DNA of 64,000 nt from Thiobacillus sp. (GTDB taxonomy: Bacteria > Pseudomonadota > Gammaproteobacteria > Burkholderiales > Thiobacillaceae). A program made the position numbers and the translations under genes. The notes beneath the pieces are model-generated. The model worked only from the letters and a program-made list of their open reading frames with translations. It did not search any database and was not told the DNA's origin. Positions 9,915 through 19,092 of the stretch are shown in pieces; within the stretch, counting starts at the first letter, position 1; the number at the start of each line of letters is the position of its first letter. The stretch spans positions 2,459 to 66,458 of the forward strand of contig JAIBFA010000005.1 of the NCBI GenBank assembly GCA_019459325.1, given 5' to 3'.

Positions 9915-12069
9915 TCTTTATGTGCTGATGTTGAGCGTGCATGGCCTGATGCGTGGCAATGACCTGGAACTGGGCCGCGATGCCGACACCGGCGGACAGA
10001 CCCTCTACGTGATCGAACTGGCGAAGGCGCTGGGGCGGCATCCGCGGGTCGAGCAGGTCGACGTGCTGACCCGACTGGTCGACGACCCTGCGGTATCTCC
10101 CGACTATGCCGTACCCGTCGAGCCGCTGGGCGAGCAGGCCCGCCTGGTGCGACTGCCGTGCGGCCCACGGCGCTATCTGCGCAAGGAAAGCCTGTGGAAC
10201 CATCTCGATCAGCTGGTCGATCGCACCATCAGCTACCTGCGCCAGCAGCCACGCCTGCCCGACGTCATCCACAGTCATTACGCCGACGCCGGCTATGTCG
10301 GCGTGCAGCTGTCGCAACTGCTCGGCATCCCGCTGGTGCACACCGGCCATTCGCTTGGACGCTGCAAGCGCCAGCGCCTGCTCGACCACGGCCGCAAGGC
10401 CCAGGCGATCGACCGCCAGTTCAATTTTCCCCGCCGCATCACCGCCGAGGAGGATGTCCTGGCGCACGCCATGCTGGTGGTCACCAGCACGGCGCAGGAA
10501 AGCAGCGAGCAGTACGGCCTGTACGACAATCACCAGCCGGCGCACGCACTGGTGATTCCGCCCGGTACCGACACCTCGCGCTTTGCGCCGCCCGGACGCG
10601 AACCGATCCCGCCGCACGTGCCGGCCCTGGTGGACCGCTTTTTCACGCAACCGAAAAAACCCCTCATCCTCACCATCTGCCGCCCCGAAATGCGCAAGAA
10701 TCTGCGCCGGCTGGTGGCGGCCTTCGGCGAGTCGCCCGTGCTGCGCGAACGCGCCAATCTGGCCATCGTGGCCGGCAGTCGAGACGACATCCGCAGCATG
10801 GACGAAGCGCAGGCGGACGTGCTGACCGATCTGCTGCTCGACGTCGACCGCTACGATCTGTGGGGCAGCGTTGCGCTGCCCAAGCAGCATCAGTCGGACG
10901 ACATTCCGGCGCTGTACCGGCTGGCGGCGCAGCGCCACGGCGTGTTCGTCAATCCGGCGCTGACCGAGCCGTTCGGCCTCACCCTGATCGAGGCGGCAGC
11001 GAGCGGCCTGCCGGTGGTGGCAACCCACGATGGCGGCCCGCGCGACATCCTCGCGCACTGCGAAAACGGCGTGCTGGTCGACCCGCTCGACAGTGACGCC
11101 ATCGCCCGCGGCCTGCTCGCCGTGATGTCGGATGGCCGCACCTGGCAGCGCTATGCGCGCCGGGGCATCAGCGGCGTGGCGCGTCACTACACCTGGGACG
11201 CCCACGTCGAGAAATATCTGAAGGCGGTTGCCCGTGTGGTCCACCGCACCCGCAAGCAGGTCAGGCGCGAACGCGTGGTGCAGCGTCCTCTGCGCCACCC
11301 CATGCCCTATGTGCATCGCATGCTGGTGAGCGACATCGACAACACCTTGATCGGCGACCGCGGCGGGCTCGCCACCCTGATTCGCGTGCTGCGTGAACGG
11401 CCGCGCGGTTACGGGTTCGGTGTGGCCACCGGGCGCCATCTGCCGAGTGCGCTCGAGGTGTTGCGGCAGGCGCGGGTGCCGCTGCCCGATGTGCTGATCA
11501 CCGCGGTCGGCAGCGAAATCCATTATGGCCCTGACATTCGTCCCGATGCCGGCTGGCGTCGCCACATCCAGCACCTGTGGCGACGCGATGCGCTGGCCGC
11601 GCTGTTCGAAGGCGTGGCCGGGCTGACGCTGCAATCAGACGACCAGCAGAGCGAATTCAAGCTGAGCTTCAATGTCGACCGGCAGTCCGCGCCGAGCCTG
11701 CGCGAGCTCGAGGCGCGACTGCGTCAGGCGCGGCTGCATGCCAACCTGATCCACTCGCACGATGCCTATCTCGACGTGCTGCCGGTCCGTGCGTCCAAGG
11801 GCCAGGCCATCCGTTATCTGGCCTATAAATGGGGTTTGCCGCTGCGCGCCTTTCTGGTGGCGGGCGACTCCGGCAATGATCTGGAAATGCTGGTCGGCGA
11901 CACCCAGGCAGTGGTGGTGTCCAATCACAGTGCCGAGCTGGAAAACCTGCGCGGGATGGAGCAGGTGTATTTCGCCGGAACGCCATGCGCATCTGGCATC
12001 CTCGAAGGAATGACGCACTACGGTTTTGCCTGGCAACCGGCGCCGACGTTGCAGCGGGAGGCCGCATGA
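9907..12069 (+). CDS. sps: Sucrose-phosphate synthase with C-terminal HAD (SPP-like) domain
   Basis: [40 protein letters not shown]; HAD motifs SDIDNTL and AGDSGND; GTG 9907 with GGAGA RBS. Confidence 0.92.
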   Translation: MRDLYVLMLSVHGLMRGNDLELGRDADTGGQTLYVIELAKALGRHPRVEQVDVLTRLVDDPAVSPDYAVPVEPLGEQARLVRLPCGPRRYLRKESLWNHLDQLVDRTISYLRQQPRLPDVIHSHYADAGYVGVQLSQLLGIPLVHTGHSLGRCKRQRLLDHGRKAQAIDRQFNFPRRITAEEDVLAHAMLVVTSTAQESSEQYGLYDNHQPAHALVIPPGTDTSRFAPPGREPIPPHVPALVDRFFTQPKKPLILTICRPEMRKNLRRLVAAFGESPVLRERANLAIVAGSRDDIRSMDEAQADVLTDLLLDVDRYDLWGSVALPKQHQSDDIPALYRLAAQRHGVFVNPALTEPFGLTLIEAAASGLPVVATHDGGPRDILAHCENGVLVDPLDSDAIARGLLAVMSDGRTWQRYARRGISGVARHYTWDAHVEKYLKAVARVVHRTRKQVRRERVVQRPLRHPMPYVHRMLVSDIDNTLIGDRGGLATLIRVLRERPRGYGFGVATGRHLPSALEVLRQARVPLPDVLITAVGSEIHYGPDIRPDAGWRRHIQHLWRRDALAALFEGVAGLTLQSDDQQSEFKLSFNVDRQSAPSLRELEARLRQARLHANLIHSHDAYLDVLPVRASKGQAIRYLAYKWGLPLRAFLVAGDSGNDLEMLVGDTQAVVVSNHSAELENLRGMEQVYFAGTPCASGILEGMTHYGFAWQPAPTLQREAA

Positions 12070-14453
12070 TCGATGCCCTGAAAACCTGGACGGCCGACCA
12101 TCGCGATCCGGTGGATGCCTTTCTGCGTCGCTGCTTTGCCGAAAATCGGGTGCTTTTGCTGCAAAGCGACCTGTGCCGGGTGCTCGATGTCCTGGCAGCC
12201 GAATCCGCCAGCTCGCTCGAAGGCACGCCGCTGCAGCAGGCGGTTCGGCATTTCCAGGAGGGCGTGTTTCAAAGTCCGTGGGCCTATTTCGCGCAGCGCG
12301 AAGGCGCCGGTCGCTGGCGCTACCTGCGCATGCACCAGGAACAGCTCTTGCCGGAACGCGTGTCGGTGAGCGAATTCCTCGCCTTCAAGGAACAGTTCGT
12401 GAAACCCGCGGAGGAGGGCGGCAGCGTGCTCGAAATCGATTTCGAGCCGTTTGGCCGCCATGTGCCGCGCTTGCAGGAAACGCGCTCGATCGGGCAGGGG
12501 GTGCTGCATCTCAACCGGGCGCTGGCGAGCGCGATGTTCACCCGGCCCGACGCGGGGCAGGCCAAACTGCTGAACTTTCTGCGCATGCACACGATAGACG
12601 GCCAGCCGCTGATGCTCGCGCCCCACATCGGCGAGGTGCCGGCGTTGCAGGACGCCTTGCGCGAGGCGCTGCGGCAGCTCGAAGCGCTCGATCCCGAGAC
12701 GCCGTGGACGGCGTTTGCCGCCAGCCTCGGGGGTCTGGGCTTCGAGCCCGGCTGGGGTGCCACGGCGGCGCGGACGAGCGAGACCATGGGGATGCTGGTC
12801 GACATCCTGGAGGCGCCGTCGCCGGCCGTGCTGGAGGCCTTTCTCGCGCGCATTCCGATGATCTCGCGCCTGCTGATCCTGTCGCCGCACGGCTATTTCG
12901 GCCAGGACAACGTGCTGGGTCGCCCCGATACCGGTGGCCAAGTGGTCTACATCCTCGACCAGGTGCGCGCGCTGGAGCACGAGATGCGCGACCGCATGGT
13001 GATCCAGGGCGTGCAGGTCGACCCGCACATCATCGTCGTTACCCGGCTGATTCCCGACGCCGACGGCACTACCTGCAACCAGCCGCTGGAAAAGATCCAG
13101 GGCACCGACCATGCCTGGATCGTGCGCGTGCCTTTCCATCACCCCAACGGCGAGATCGTGCGGCAGTGGATTTCGCGCTTCGAGATCTGGCCCTATCTGG
13201 AAACCTTCGCGACCCATGTCGAACGCGAGGCGCTGGCCAGACTGGGCGGGCGGCCCGACCTCATCATCGGCAACTATTCCGACGGCAACCTGGTGGCCAG
13301 CCTGCTGTCGTCGCGGCTGGGCGTGACCCAGTGCAACATCGCCCACGCGCTGGAGCAGACCAAATACCTGCACTCGGCGCTGTACTGGGAAGCCAACGAT
13401 CCGACCTATCACTTCGCCTGTCAGTACACCGCCGACCTCATCGGCATGAACCAGGCCGACTTCATCATCACCAGCACCTATCAGGAAATCGCCGGTACCG
13501 CAGACAGCATCGGCCAGTACGAGAGCTACCGCGCATTTACCCTGCCCGGGCTGTATCGGGTGGTCAACGGCATCGACCTGTTCGACCCCAAGTTCAACAT
13601 CGTGTCGCCGGGTGCCGATGCGGACATCTATTTCCCCTATACCGACACGGGGCGGCGCCTGCATTCGCTGATGCCCGACATCGAGCGCATGCTCTACGCG
13701 CCCGACCCCGGGGTGCCGCATCGGGGGCAGTTCGACGATCCCGACAAGCCGCTGCTCTTCACCATGGCGCGGCTCGACCGCATCAAGAATCTGTCCGGGC
13801 TGACCGAATGGTTCGGCGCCTCTGAACGCCTGACCGAATCCGCCAATCTGCTGGTGATCGGCGGTCACGTCGACGCGGCCGCCTCCGGGGACGAGGAGGA
13901 AAGGGCGGAGATCGAGCGCATGCATGCGCTGATGGACCAGTACCGGCTGGACGGCCGCATGCGCTGGCTCGGCGCCCGGCTCGACAAGAATCTCGCGGGC
14001 GAACTCTATCGCCATGTCGCCGACCGCCGCGGCGTGTTCGTCCAGCCCGCGCTGTTCGAGGCCTTCGGCCTCACCCTGATCGAAGCCATGGCTTCCGGCC
14101 TGCCGGTGTTCGCCACCCGTTACGGCGGGCCGCTCGAGATCATCCAGCAGGGGGTGTCTGGATTTCACATCGACCCCAACGACGGCGCCGCAGCCGCCAC
14201 GGCGATCGCCGACTTCCTGCAGCAGTGCGCGAGCGAGCCGGCGAAGTGGCAGCGCATTTCCGCCGCCGCGCTGGCGCGGGTGGCGGCCCGCTACACCTGG
14301 AAGCTGTATGCCGAACGCATGATGACGCTGTCGCGCATCTATGGCTTCTGGAAGTTCGTCAGCAATCTGGAGCGCGAGGAAGCCGGCCGCTACCTGCAAC
14401 TGTTTCATCACCTGCAATTCCGCCCATTGGCGCGCGCCGTGGGCGAGCATTGA
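12066..14453 (+). CDS. sus: Sucrose synthase
   Basis: [59 protein letters not shown]; ATGA overlap with sps. Confidence 0.95.
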   Translation: MIDALKTWTADHRDPVDAFLRRCFAENRVLLLQSDLCRVLDVLAAESASSLEGTPLQQAVRHFQEGVFQSPWAYFAQREGAGRWRYLRMHQEQLLPERVSVSEFLAFKEQFVKPAEEGGSVLEIDFEPFGRHVPRLQETRSIGQGVLHLNRALASAMFTRPDAGQAKLLNFLRMHTIDGQPLMLAPHIGEVPALQDALREALRQLEALDPETPWTAFAASLGGLGFEPGWGATAARTSETMGMLVDILEAPSPAVLEAFLARIPMISRLLILSPHGYFGQDNVLGRPDTGGQVVYILDQVRALEHEMRDRMVIQGVQVDPHIIVVTRLIPDADGTTCNQPLEKIQGTDHAWIVRVPFHHPNGEIVRQWISRFEIWPYLETFATHVEREALARLGGRPDLIIGNYSDGNLVASLLSSRLGVTQCNIAHALEQTKYLHSALYWEANDPTYHFACQYTADLIGMNQADFIITSTYQEIAGTADSIGQYESYRAFTLPGLYRVVNGIDLFDPKFNIVSPGADADIYFPYTDTGRRLHSLMPDIERMLYAPDPGVPHRGQFDDPDKPLLFTMARLDRIKNLSGLTEWFGASERLTESANLLVIGGHVDAAASGDEEERAEIERMHALMDQYRLDGRMRWLGARLDKNLAGELYRHVADRRGVFVQPALFEAFGLTLIEAMASGLPVFATRYGGPLEIIQQGVSGFHIDPNDGAAAATAIADFLQQCASEPAKWQRISAAALARVAARYTWKLYAERMMTLSRIYGFWKFVSNLEREEAGRYLQLFHHLQFRPLARAVGEH

Positions 14454-14464
14454 AAGGAAGGCCC

Positions 14465-15367
14465 ATGGAGTATCTGGATTTCCTGCAAACCCATATCGGC
14501 GAATGGCAGGCCCTCGTCGTGACCGCGCTGCACGTCGCCATCATTCTGGGGCTGACCTGGCTGGCGCTGCGGCTGTCGCGCAAGGCACTGGCCCGGTTGC
14601 GGCTGCACATGCAGCAGGACCTCAGCGACCGCGAGCGGATCAAGCGCCTGGATACGCTGGAACGCGTGTTCCGCTATGTCGCCACCGTCATCATCACGCT
14701 GGTCGGCGCCATGCTGGTGCTGAGTGAGGTCGGTATTTCCATCGCACCCATTCTCGCCACCGCCGGGGTGCTCGGCATTGCCATCGGCTTCGGCGCACAA
14801 AGCCTGGTCAAGGACTATTTCAACGGCTTTTTCCTGCTGCTGGAAAACCAGGTGCGCCAGGGCGACGTGGTCGAGGTGTCGGGCAAGGGCGGCCTGGTCG
14901 AGGAAATGACCTTGCGCTATATCCGGCTGCGCGACTATGAAGGCAGCGTGCATTACATCCCCAACGGCACGATCGACACCGTAACCAACCGCAGCCGTGG
15001 TTTCGCGTACGCCGTGATCGACGTCAGCGTGGCCTATCGTGAAGACATCGATGGGGTCTATGCCGTGATGCGCGATGTGGCCGCCGAACTGCGCACCGAT
15101 CCGGAGATCGCCGACGAGATCGAGGACGACCTCGAAATCGCCGGCGTCGATAACTGGGCGGATTCGGCCGTGGTGATCCGCTGCCGCTTCAAGGTCAAGC
15201 CGCTGGAGCAGTGGGGGGTGCGGCGCGCCTTTCTGCATCGGCTGAAAAAGGCCTTCGACGCCGCCGGCATCGAGATTCCCTATCCGCACCTCACGGTGTA
15301 TGCCGGACAGGACAAGGAGGGGCACGCCGCACCCTTGCCCCTGGTGCTGCAGCGCCGGGCCGCCTGA
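14465..15367 (+). CDS. Small-conductance mechanosensitive channel (MscS family)
   Basis: AIGFGAQSLVKD, GDVV, IPNG, GIEIPYP; start ATG 14465 after RBS. Confidence 0.9.
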   Translation: MEYLDFLQTHIGEWQALVVTALHVAIILGLTWLALRLSRKALARLRLHMQQDLSDRERIKRLDTLERVFRYVATVIITLVGAMLVLSEVGISIAPILATAGVLGIAIGFGAQSLVKDYFNGFFLLLENQVRQGDVVEVSGKGGLVEEMTLRYIRLRDYEGSVHYIPNGTIDTVTNRSRGFAYAVIDVSVAYREDIDGVYAVMRDVAAELRTDPEIADEIEDDLEIAGVDNWADSAVVIRCRFKVKPLEQWGVRRAFLHRLKKAFDAAGIEIPYPHLTVYAGQDKEGHAAPLPLVLQRRAA

Positions 15368-15375
15368 CGACGACC

Positions 15376-16464
15376 CTAGCGCACGGGCGCGGCGATCGGC
15401 TCGTCGGCATAGCGCCAGATGTTCACGTCCAGTCCGGCTTCGCGGATGTGCTCGGTCTTGGCGGCGAGGAAACGCTGGAAACTGGGTTCCTTGCGATAAG
15501 ACCCTGATTCGACATAGTCGAACATGCCCAGGGTGTGGAACACGCGGAAGGACGATTCCCAGCGGATGACTTCCTTTCCGCCGGCGTCGAACAGCACGAT
15601 GCCGGGGGCGTAATTGACGCCGAGCTGGCGCACCCAGTCGCGCACCGGCATGCGCTTGCCATCGGGCGTGGTGATCATGTCGCGCGACCACATGTCGAGC
15701 TGCACGTTGTCGAACTTCGCGATCACGGCGCGGGTGTCCGGGTCGGCCAGCACGCGCCGGTGCAGCACCTCGCAGTCGGGGCAATCCTTCTGCTCGAAGA
15801 ACACGGCGAGCGGCCGGGCCGGCTTGCCGCGGCGGCGCAGGTCGGTGGCATTTTTCAGGAAAAAATCCTGCTTGATCATCTCGCCCGAGGCCTGCTTCGG
15901 CACTTCGCGCGCGGCGACGAAATCGCGGAAGGCCATGGTGTTTTCATGGCGACCGCCCACCCAGTCGAGCGCGGCCTGCAGGCGCGCTGGCGGCACATAG
16001 CCGTTGAGCCGCAGCACAGTTTTGCCGGTCTCGTCGAAGAACACCAGACTGGGGGTGAACTGGACTTTCTGCGCGGCGCTGTAGGTCTTTTCCGTATAGG
16101 TCTTGCCGTCCAGCCCGACCAACTCCTTGTCGCCCCAGATGTTGATCGCGACGACGTCGAAGTTTTTCCTCATCGTGGCCTCGATCTCGCGCTGCGACAG
16201 ATTGCGCTCGACCAGCGCCGAGCAATACGGGCAGCCATCCTGGGTGAACATGAGGATGACGCGCTTGCCGCTTTTACGCGCCTCGTCGATGTCCTCCTTC
16301 AGGTGCAGAAAACTGTCCTTGAACCAGGCGGGATACTCGGTGGCCCTGGCGCCGTAATACGCGCCCATCGGGGCCGCCGGGGCCGGCTCCGCGGCGTGCA
16401 GGTGAAAAACCGGGAGCAGGGCAAGCAGGACAGTCAGCGAGCGAATATCCATGGCGGTCTCCAT
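15376..16464 (-). CDS. Exported tandem thioredoxin-fold protein (SoxW-like)
   Basis: Signal peptide; two domains with CPYC and CPDC; FTP and YAP cis-Pro loops. Confidence 0.8.
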   Translation of the reverse strand: METAMDIRSLTVLLALLPVFHLHAAEPAPAAPMGAYYGARATEYPAWFKDSFLHLKEDIDEARKSGKRVILMFTQDGCPYCSALVERNLSQREIEATMRKNFDVVAINIWGDKELVGLDGKTYTEKTYSAAQKVQFTPSLVFFDETGKTVLRLNGYVPPARLQAALDWVGGRHENTMAFRDFVAAREVPKQASGEMIKQDFFLKNATDLRRRGKPARPLAVFFEQKDCPDCEVLHRRVLADPDTRAVIAKFDNVQLDMWSRDMITTPDGKRMPVRDWVRQLGVNYAPGIVLFDAGGKEVIRWESSFRVFHTLGMFDYVESGSYRKEPSFQRFLAAKTEHIREAGLDVNIWRYADEPIAAPVR

Positions 16465-16524
16465 CCATTGTCATCAGGGTTGCAGCCATCGTAGCAGCTG
16501 CCCGGCCGGGTTGTGTCGACCGGC

Positions 16525-17418
16525 CTAGTCCGTGATCTGGCCGGCGATGAAGACGTCGCTGCTCGAATGGGCCAGCACATGTTTGGTGACGCTGCCGAGC
16601 AGGAGTTCCTCCATCACCGACTGGCCGTGCTTGCCCATCACGATCAGGTCGGCGTCCATCGTCTGCTCGTGTTCGAGGATACGCAGGGTGGCGGCGCCAT
16701 GCACGAACTGGCGCGTTACCTGGTTGGCCGGTACCCGCAGCTTGCTGACGAAAGACTCCATCGCCTGCTGCGCGGCGTCGCGTGCCAGGATGCGGTATTC
16801 ATGAATCTGGCTGTCGTCCATGCCGGCGAGCCGGAAGGTGGACTCCAGCTCCACCTCGAACGCATGCAGCAGCACGAAGTCGGCATCGGGCAGCCAGCCG
16901 TGGGCGGCGTTGATCGCAGCGGCGGCGTGATCGGAGAAATCGACCGGCGCGAGGATGCGTCGGTACGGCGTGTGCGGGCGCTGCTTGACTGCGAGCATAG
17001 GGCGGCGTGACTTGCGCAGCACCCGCTCGGTAGTCGAACCGAGCAGCAGTTCGCGCACGAAATGCGCGCCACGCGCGCCCATGACCATCAGGTCGATCTG
17101 GCGTGTCTCGACGAGCTCGACCAACGCGTTGAGCACCGATCCCTGCGCCAGCACGGTATCGATGTCGCAGGCATGGCGCGCCGCCAGGTTGGTCGCCAGT
17201 TCGGCCAGGTTTTTTTCCGCCTGGGCGAGCAGCTGCGCTTCCAGTGCGACGGCGTCGCCGGGCAGCATGCGGCGCAGGGTGTCGAGCGCGGAACCGCTGA
17301 CGATATGGGCGAGCGTGAGACGGGCGTCGGAATGGGTTTGCGCAAGCATCGCGGCACGCTCCAGCGCATGGCGGGCGGGTGCGGAAAAGTCGGTGGCGGC
17401 GAGCACGGTGCGGGTCAT
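16525..17418 (-). CDS. Universal stress protein, two Usp domains
   Basis: ATDFS and PVDFS; twice D-L-x-VMG...LLGS motifs. Confidence 0.9.
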   Translation of the reverse strand: MTRTVLAATDFSAPARHALERAAMLAQTHSDARLTLAHIVSGSALDTLRRMLPGDAVALEAQLLAQAEKNLAELATNLAARHACDIDTVLAQGSVLNALVELVETRQIDLMVMGARGAHFVRELLLGSTTERVLRKSRRPMLAVKQRPHTPYRRILAPVDFSDHAAAAINAAHGWLPDADFVLLHAFEVELESTFRLAGMDDSQIHEYRILARDAAQQAMESFVSKLRVPANQVTRQFVHGAATLRILEHEQTMDADLIVMGKHGQSVMEELLLGSVTKHVLAHSSSDVFIAGQITD

Positions 17419-19088
17419 GGCGACTCCTTCTCAGGGGACAGTTCGGCGGAAGCGATGCGGGCGGCCAGGTCGAGCGCGGCAAAATCGGCAGCCTGGTTGA
17501 ACGGATGAATAATTTCGACCTGGTCGAGATGGGCCAGCCGGGCCGCTTCCGCTTCGTCGCGCGCCACGATGGCGATATGGCCCTTGAAATGGTTCAGGCT
17601 CAGCGCATGCAGCAGAGCGGAGTTGGACGGGTAGTCGGGCAGGGTGCTGACGACCCAGGGAACGCCCGCAAGCGGCAGGCTCTCTACAAAGTCCGGCGCT
17701 TCTCCGTCGCCGAAGCGCGCGTTCATTCCGTGATGTTGTTGTGCCCTGACCACCTCAGGATCGAAATCGACTCCCAGAACATGGATGCCCTGTTGCACCA
17801 GCGCGTGCGCCAGACGGCTGCCGTAGCGGCCGAGGCCGAAAACGACGACATCGGCACGCACGCCGTCGCGTTGCGCATGCTCGACCGCGAGTTCGCGGAA
17901 GGGATGCCGCCGTTCGAACACGCCCAGCCAGGGCGCCAGCCAGGCGTACAGACGATGCGAATACAGGATCATGTAGGACGACAGCGCGATCGTGATGAGG
18001 CCGACCAGCGTGGTCAACCCCAGCGCGCCGGAATCGACGTGGCCGAGGCTGATGCCCATGGCGACGAAGATGATGGAGAACTCCGAGATCTGCGCCACCG
18101 TGAGTCCGGCGAGAAAGCCGGTGCGCTTGCGATAGCCCATGTATCCCATGATCGCCATCACGATCAGCGGGTTGCCGATCAGCACGAACAGCGACAGCAC
18201 GATGGAGGTGCCGATCTCGTCGCCGAGCGTGGAGAAATCGAGCTTGGAGCCGAGGTCGATGAAGAAGAACAGCAGCAGGAAGTCGCGGATGCTGGACAGG
18301 CGCGCGCTGATCGCTTCCCTGTACGCAGTCGAGGCGAGTGAGAAGCCGGCGATGAAGGCGCCCGCCTCCTTGCTGAAGCCGACGTATTCGCCGAGCGCCG
18401 CCAGCGTGGTGCCCCAGGCGATGGCGAAGATCAGCAGCAGTTCCTGCGAGCGCGCCAGGGTGTCGACGATGCGCGGCAGTACGTAGCGCATCAACACGAA
18501 CAGCAGCAGCGCCGCGCCACCCAGGCGCGCCAGCAGGGCCATCGCGAGGGTGAGACCACCGACCGCCTCGCCACCCATGCCGCCGAGCCCGCTCATGATC
18601 ATCATCGCGACTACCACGGCGAGGTCCTGCACGATGAGGAAGCCGACCGCGATGCGGCCGTGCAGCGAATCGAGCTCGCGCTTGTCGGACAAGAGCTTGA
18701 CGATGATGATGGTGCTGGAAAAGGTCAGCGCGACCGCCACGTACAGCGCTTCGAGCCAGCCCTTGCCGAGCGCGAGGATGATGAAGAAGCCGAACAGGAT
18801 GGTAAAGGTCAATTGACCGAGACCGGTGGCGAGCGCGACCGGGCCGATGTGACGGATGTGGTGCAGGTCGAGCTTCAGGCCCACCACGAACAGCAGTACC
18901 GTGATGCCGATCTGCGCCAGCAGGTCGATCTGGTCGTGCGCCCCGACCCAGCCGAACACCGCCGGGCCGACCACGATGCCGACGATGATGTAGGCCACCA
19001 GCAGGGGCTGGCGCAGCCGCACCGCCACGGCGCCGACCAGGGCCGACACCATCAGCAGCAGGGCGAACTCGTGATAGATGCTGTCCAT
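17415..19088 (-). CDS. CPA2/Kef-type cation:proton antiporter with TrkA-N domain
   Basis: LLFVVGL, FSSTIII, LIVQD, QISEFS; GLGRYG nucleotide-binding domain. Confidence 0.88.
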   Translation of the reverse strand: MDSIYHEFALLLMVSALVGAVAVRLRQPLLVAYIIVGIVVGPAVFGWVGAHDQIDLLAQIGITVLLFVVGLKLDLHHIRHIGPVALATGLGQLTFTILFGFFIILALGKGWLEALYVAVALTFSSTIIIVKLLSDKRELDSLHGRIAVGFLIVQDLAVVVAMMIMSGLGGMGGEAVGGLTLAMALLARLGGAALLLFVLMRYVLPRIVDTLARSQELLLIFAIAWGTTLAALGEYVGFSKEAGAFIAGFSLASTAYREAISARLSSIRDFLLLFFFIDLGSKLDFSTLGDEIGTSIVLSLFVLIGNPLIVMAIMGYMGYRKRTGFLAGLTVAQISEFSIIFVAMGISLGHVDSGALGLTTLVGLITIALSSYMILYSHRLYAWLAPWLGVFERRHPFRELAVEHAQRDGVRADVVVFGLGRYGSRLAHALVQQGIHVLGVDFDPEVVRAQQHHGMNARFGDGEAPDFVESLPLAGVPWVVSTLPDYPSNSALLHALSLNHFKGHIAIVARDEAEAARLAHLDQVEIIHPFNQAADFAALDLAARIASAELSPEKESP

Positions 19089-19092
19089 CGCG

